Assembly: GCA_963776345.1 (NCBI GenBank)
Contig: CAVZMH010000006.1
Span: 24,288-88,287 of the forward strand
DNA: 64,000 nt
Direction: 5' to 3'
Source: an uncultured delta proteobacterium
Lineage (GTDB): Bacteria; Myxococcota; Myxococcia; Myxococcales; Myxococcaceae
The position numbers were made by a program, and so were the translations under genes. Positions 62,520-64,000 of the stretch are shown in pieces (the stretch's first letter is position 1; each line of letters opens with the position of its first letter). Below the pieces are notes generated by a model that was not told the DNA's origin, did no database searches, and worked only from the letters and a program-made list of their open reading frames with translations.

Positions 62520-64000
62520 ATGGCCATCACCCGAGGAATTCGTGCCGTGGCTTATGTCACCGCATCGGCCGTCGGAGCCACCTGTGTCGTCCAGCGCGAG
62601 GCTGAGCGCGGCGAGCTCCAGGAGGGCACGGGCAGCGTCATCGCCTACACCACGCTCGGCGGGGTGCGGCACCCCTTCGAGGGGCAAGCGAGGATTGGCG
62701 GCAATTCCTGGTCCTCACCGGGCAGGAGCGCCTCGCCAATGGGCGAAGGGCTCGGTGCAGGAACGGACCCTGCCCCTGAACCAGGTTACCTCGGTGGAGC
62801 TGCGCTACGTGAATGGATGGGCAACCTGGGTCTGGTCCTCCTGATCACCGTGCTCACCCTGGGGGTGCTGGCGGGGATTGCCGCGGCGACCAAGTCCTCG
62901 TACCTGTTCATCTACTCCTGGGACGGGGAGAAGTACGTCTTCGATGGAGAGCCGTACGGCGGGGCGATCATGCCCGCCCTGGCCCGGACCGTATGGTCGG
63001 AGCTAAAGCATCTCAAGGAGGAGCGGGGGAGTACCGGTTGCTTCTCACCAACGAGGTCGACGAGACGCAGCACACCGATTGCCTGGGACTCCTGGTCGTC
63101 GACCATGTCCCTGGAGAGAGGGTGGTGATGGGGTACGACGGCCGGCCCCACCTCTTCACAGAGGTCACTCCTCCGAGCCGCGCGCGCGACCAGGCAGGGA
63201 CGGATTTCCTGCCGTTCCTCCGAGCGGTGGATGGCGTGTCGTGGATCCCGCAGCTGGAGACCCGGGCGCAGGAGCTGCCGCTCCAGGACACCCGCGACCA
63301 CCTCACCGTCGAGTTCAGCCGCCCGTCTGGGGACCGGGTCTGGCTCCTCGCCACCGTGGCAACCGCCCCGTGGGGCTCGACGCAGATCGACGCTCCTGGG
63401 GATGCGAGGCACCGAGGCCTCGGCCTGGCTTCGTTCAGTCAACTCGGACGCGTCGGCCCGCACGGCCTTGCTCGCCTGGAACGAGCGGGAGGAGCTCTTC
63501 CACCTCGGGGTGGAGGTGGAGGTCGATGGTCGGTGGGAGCGGGCGGTTGACGCTCATCGCCGGCGGCCCCTTCATTGCCGAGACCCGCGCGGCGTCCCTG
63601 GACCTCCGGGGAGTGAAGGGTCCGGTGGTCCGGCTCCGGGTGCATCCGCCGGTGGGTTTCTGGCGCATCGAGGCTCTGGAGCTGGCAGGGGAGGGACGCA
63701 CGGTCGAGCCGGTCCGGCTCCCGGCACGGGTGGCCATGGACCAGGCGGGACACGACGTGCGCGCTCGGCTGGAGGCTAAGGATGGCCTCACCCTGGATCA
63801 ACCGGAGCCCGGAGCGGTGACGCGGCTGACATTCGTTGCTCCGCCCCTCGCCCCGGGACTCGAGCGAAGCGTCTTCGCCGAGACCCACGGATGGTACGAA
63901 GTCCATCTCCACGATCTCGGTGCGCCCGAGACCGCAAATCTGAAGCGCCTGGAGCAGGAGACCGGCTACGCGGTCCAGCGAGCACTCGAGGACTACGCCG
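62520..64000 (+). pseudogene. membrane-anchored hypothetical protein, multiply frameshifted, running off the window end
   Basis: Protein-like blocks in alternating frames: LVLLITVLTLGVLAG...FIYSWDGEKYVFDGEPYGGAI; EYRLLLTNEVDETQHTD; EREELFHLGVEV; GPFIAETR...GFWRI...GWYEVH; shifts near 63030, 63389 and 63541, probably more at 62700-62830. Confidence 0.7.

Overview
High-GC window whose gene content and order point to a Myxococcota (myxobacterial) chromosome; the taxonomy is inferred. About 1-41 kb is mostly core genes: cysS, uvrB-uvrC, yggS-maf, a diguanylate cyclase, a PpiD-like chaperone, mreC-mreD-mrdA-rodA, mgtE, a PilZ protein, trxA, ccsA/hemX-hemA-hemC-hemD, an orphan GspE/PilB ATPase and pdhA-pdhB-pdhC. 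This part also holds a decayed tandem DUF507 duplicate, a methyltransferase remnant and a large uncharacterised lipoprotein. From about 41.5 kb the window is accessory, with three notable modules. (i) An atypical two-component pair: the kinase has Gln in place of the phospho-His and the receiver has a degenerate acidic pocket. (ii) phaB and a divergent RHH regulator next to a six-gene Ehr (hydrogenase-4-like) membrane complex whose large subunit lacks the NiFe cysteines. (iii) A Ser/Thr kinase and a sensor-less sigma54 activator, divergent from a sigma54 -24/-12 promoter that precedes a minimal type II acyl-chain cluster (PPTase, dehydratase, KS, ACP, FabL-like enoyl reductase, unknown membrane-anchored protein). 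Several frameshifts lie in homopolymer or dinucleotide runs and may be sequencing errors. No rRNA, tRNA, CRISPR array, transposase or integrase was recognised.
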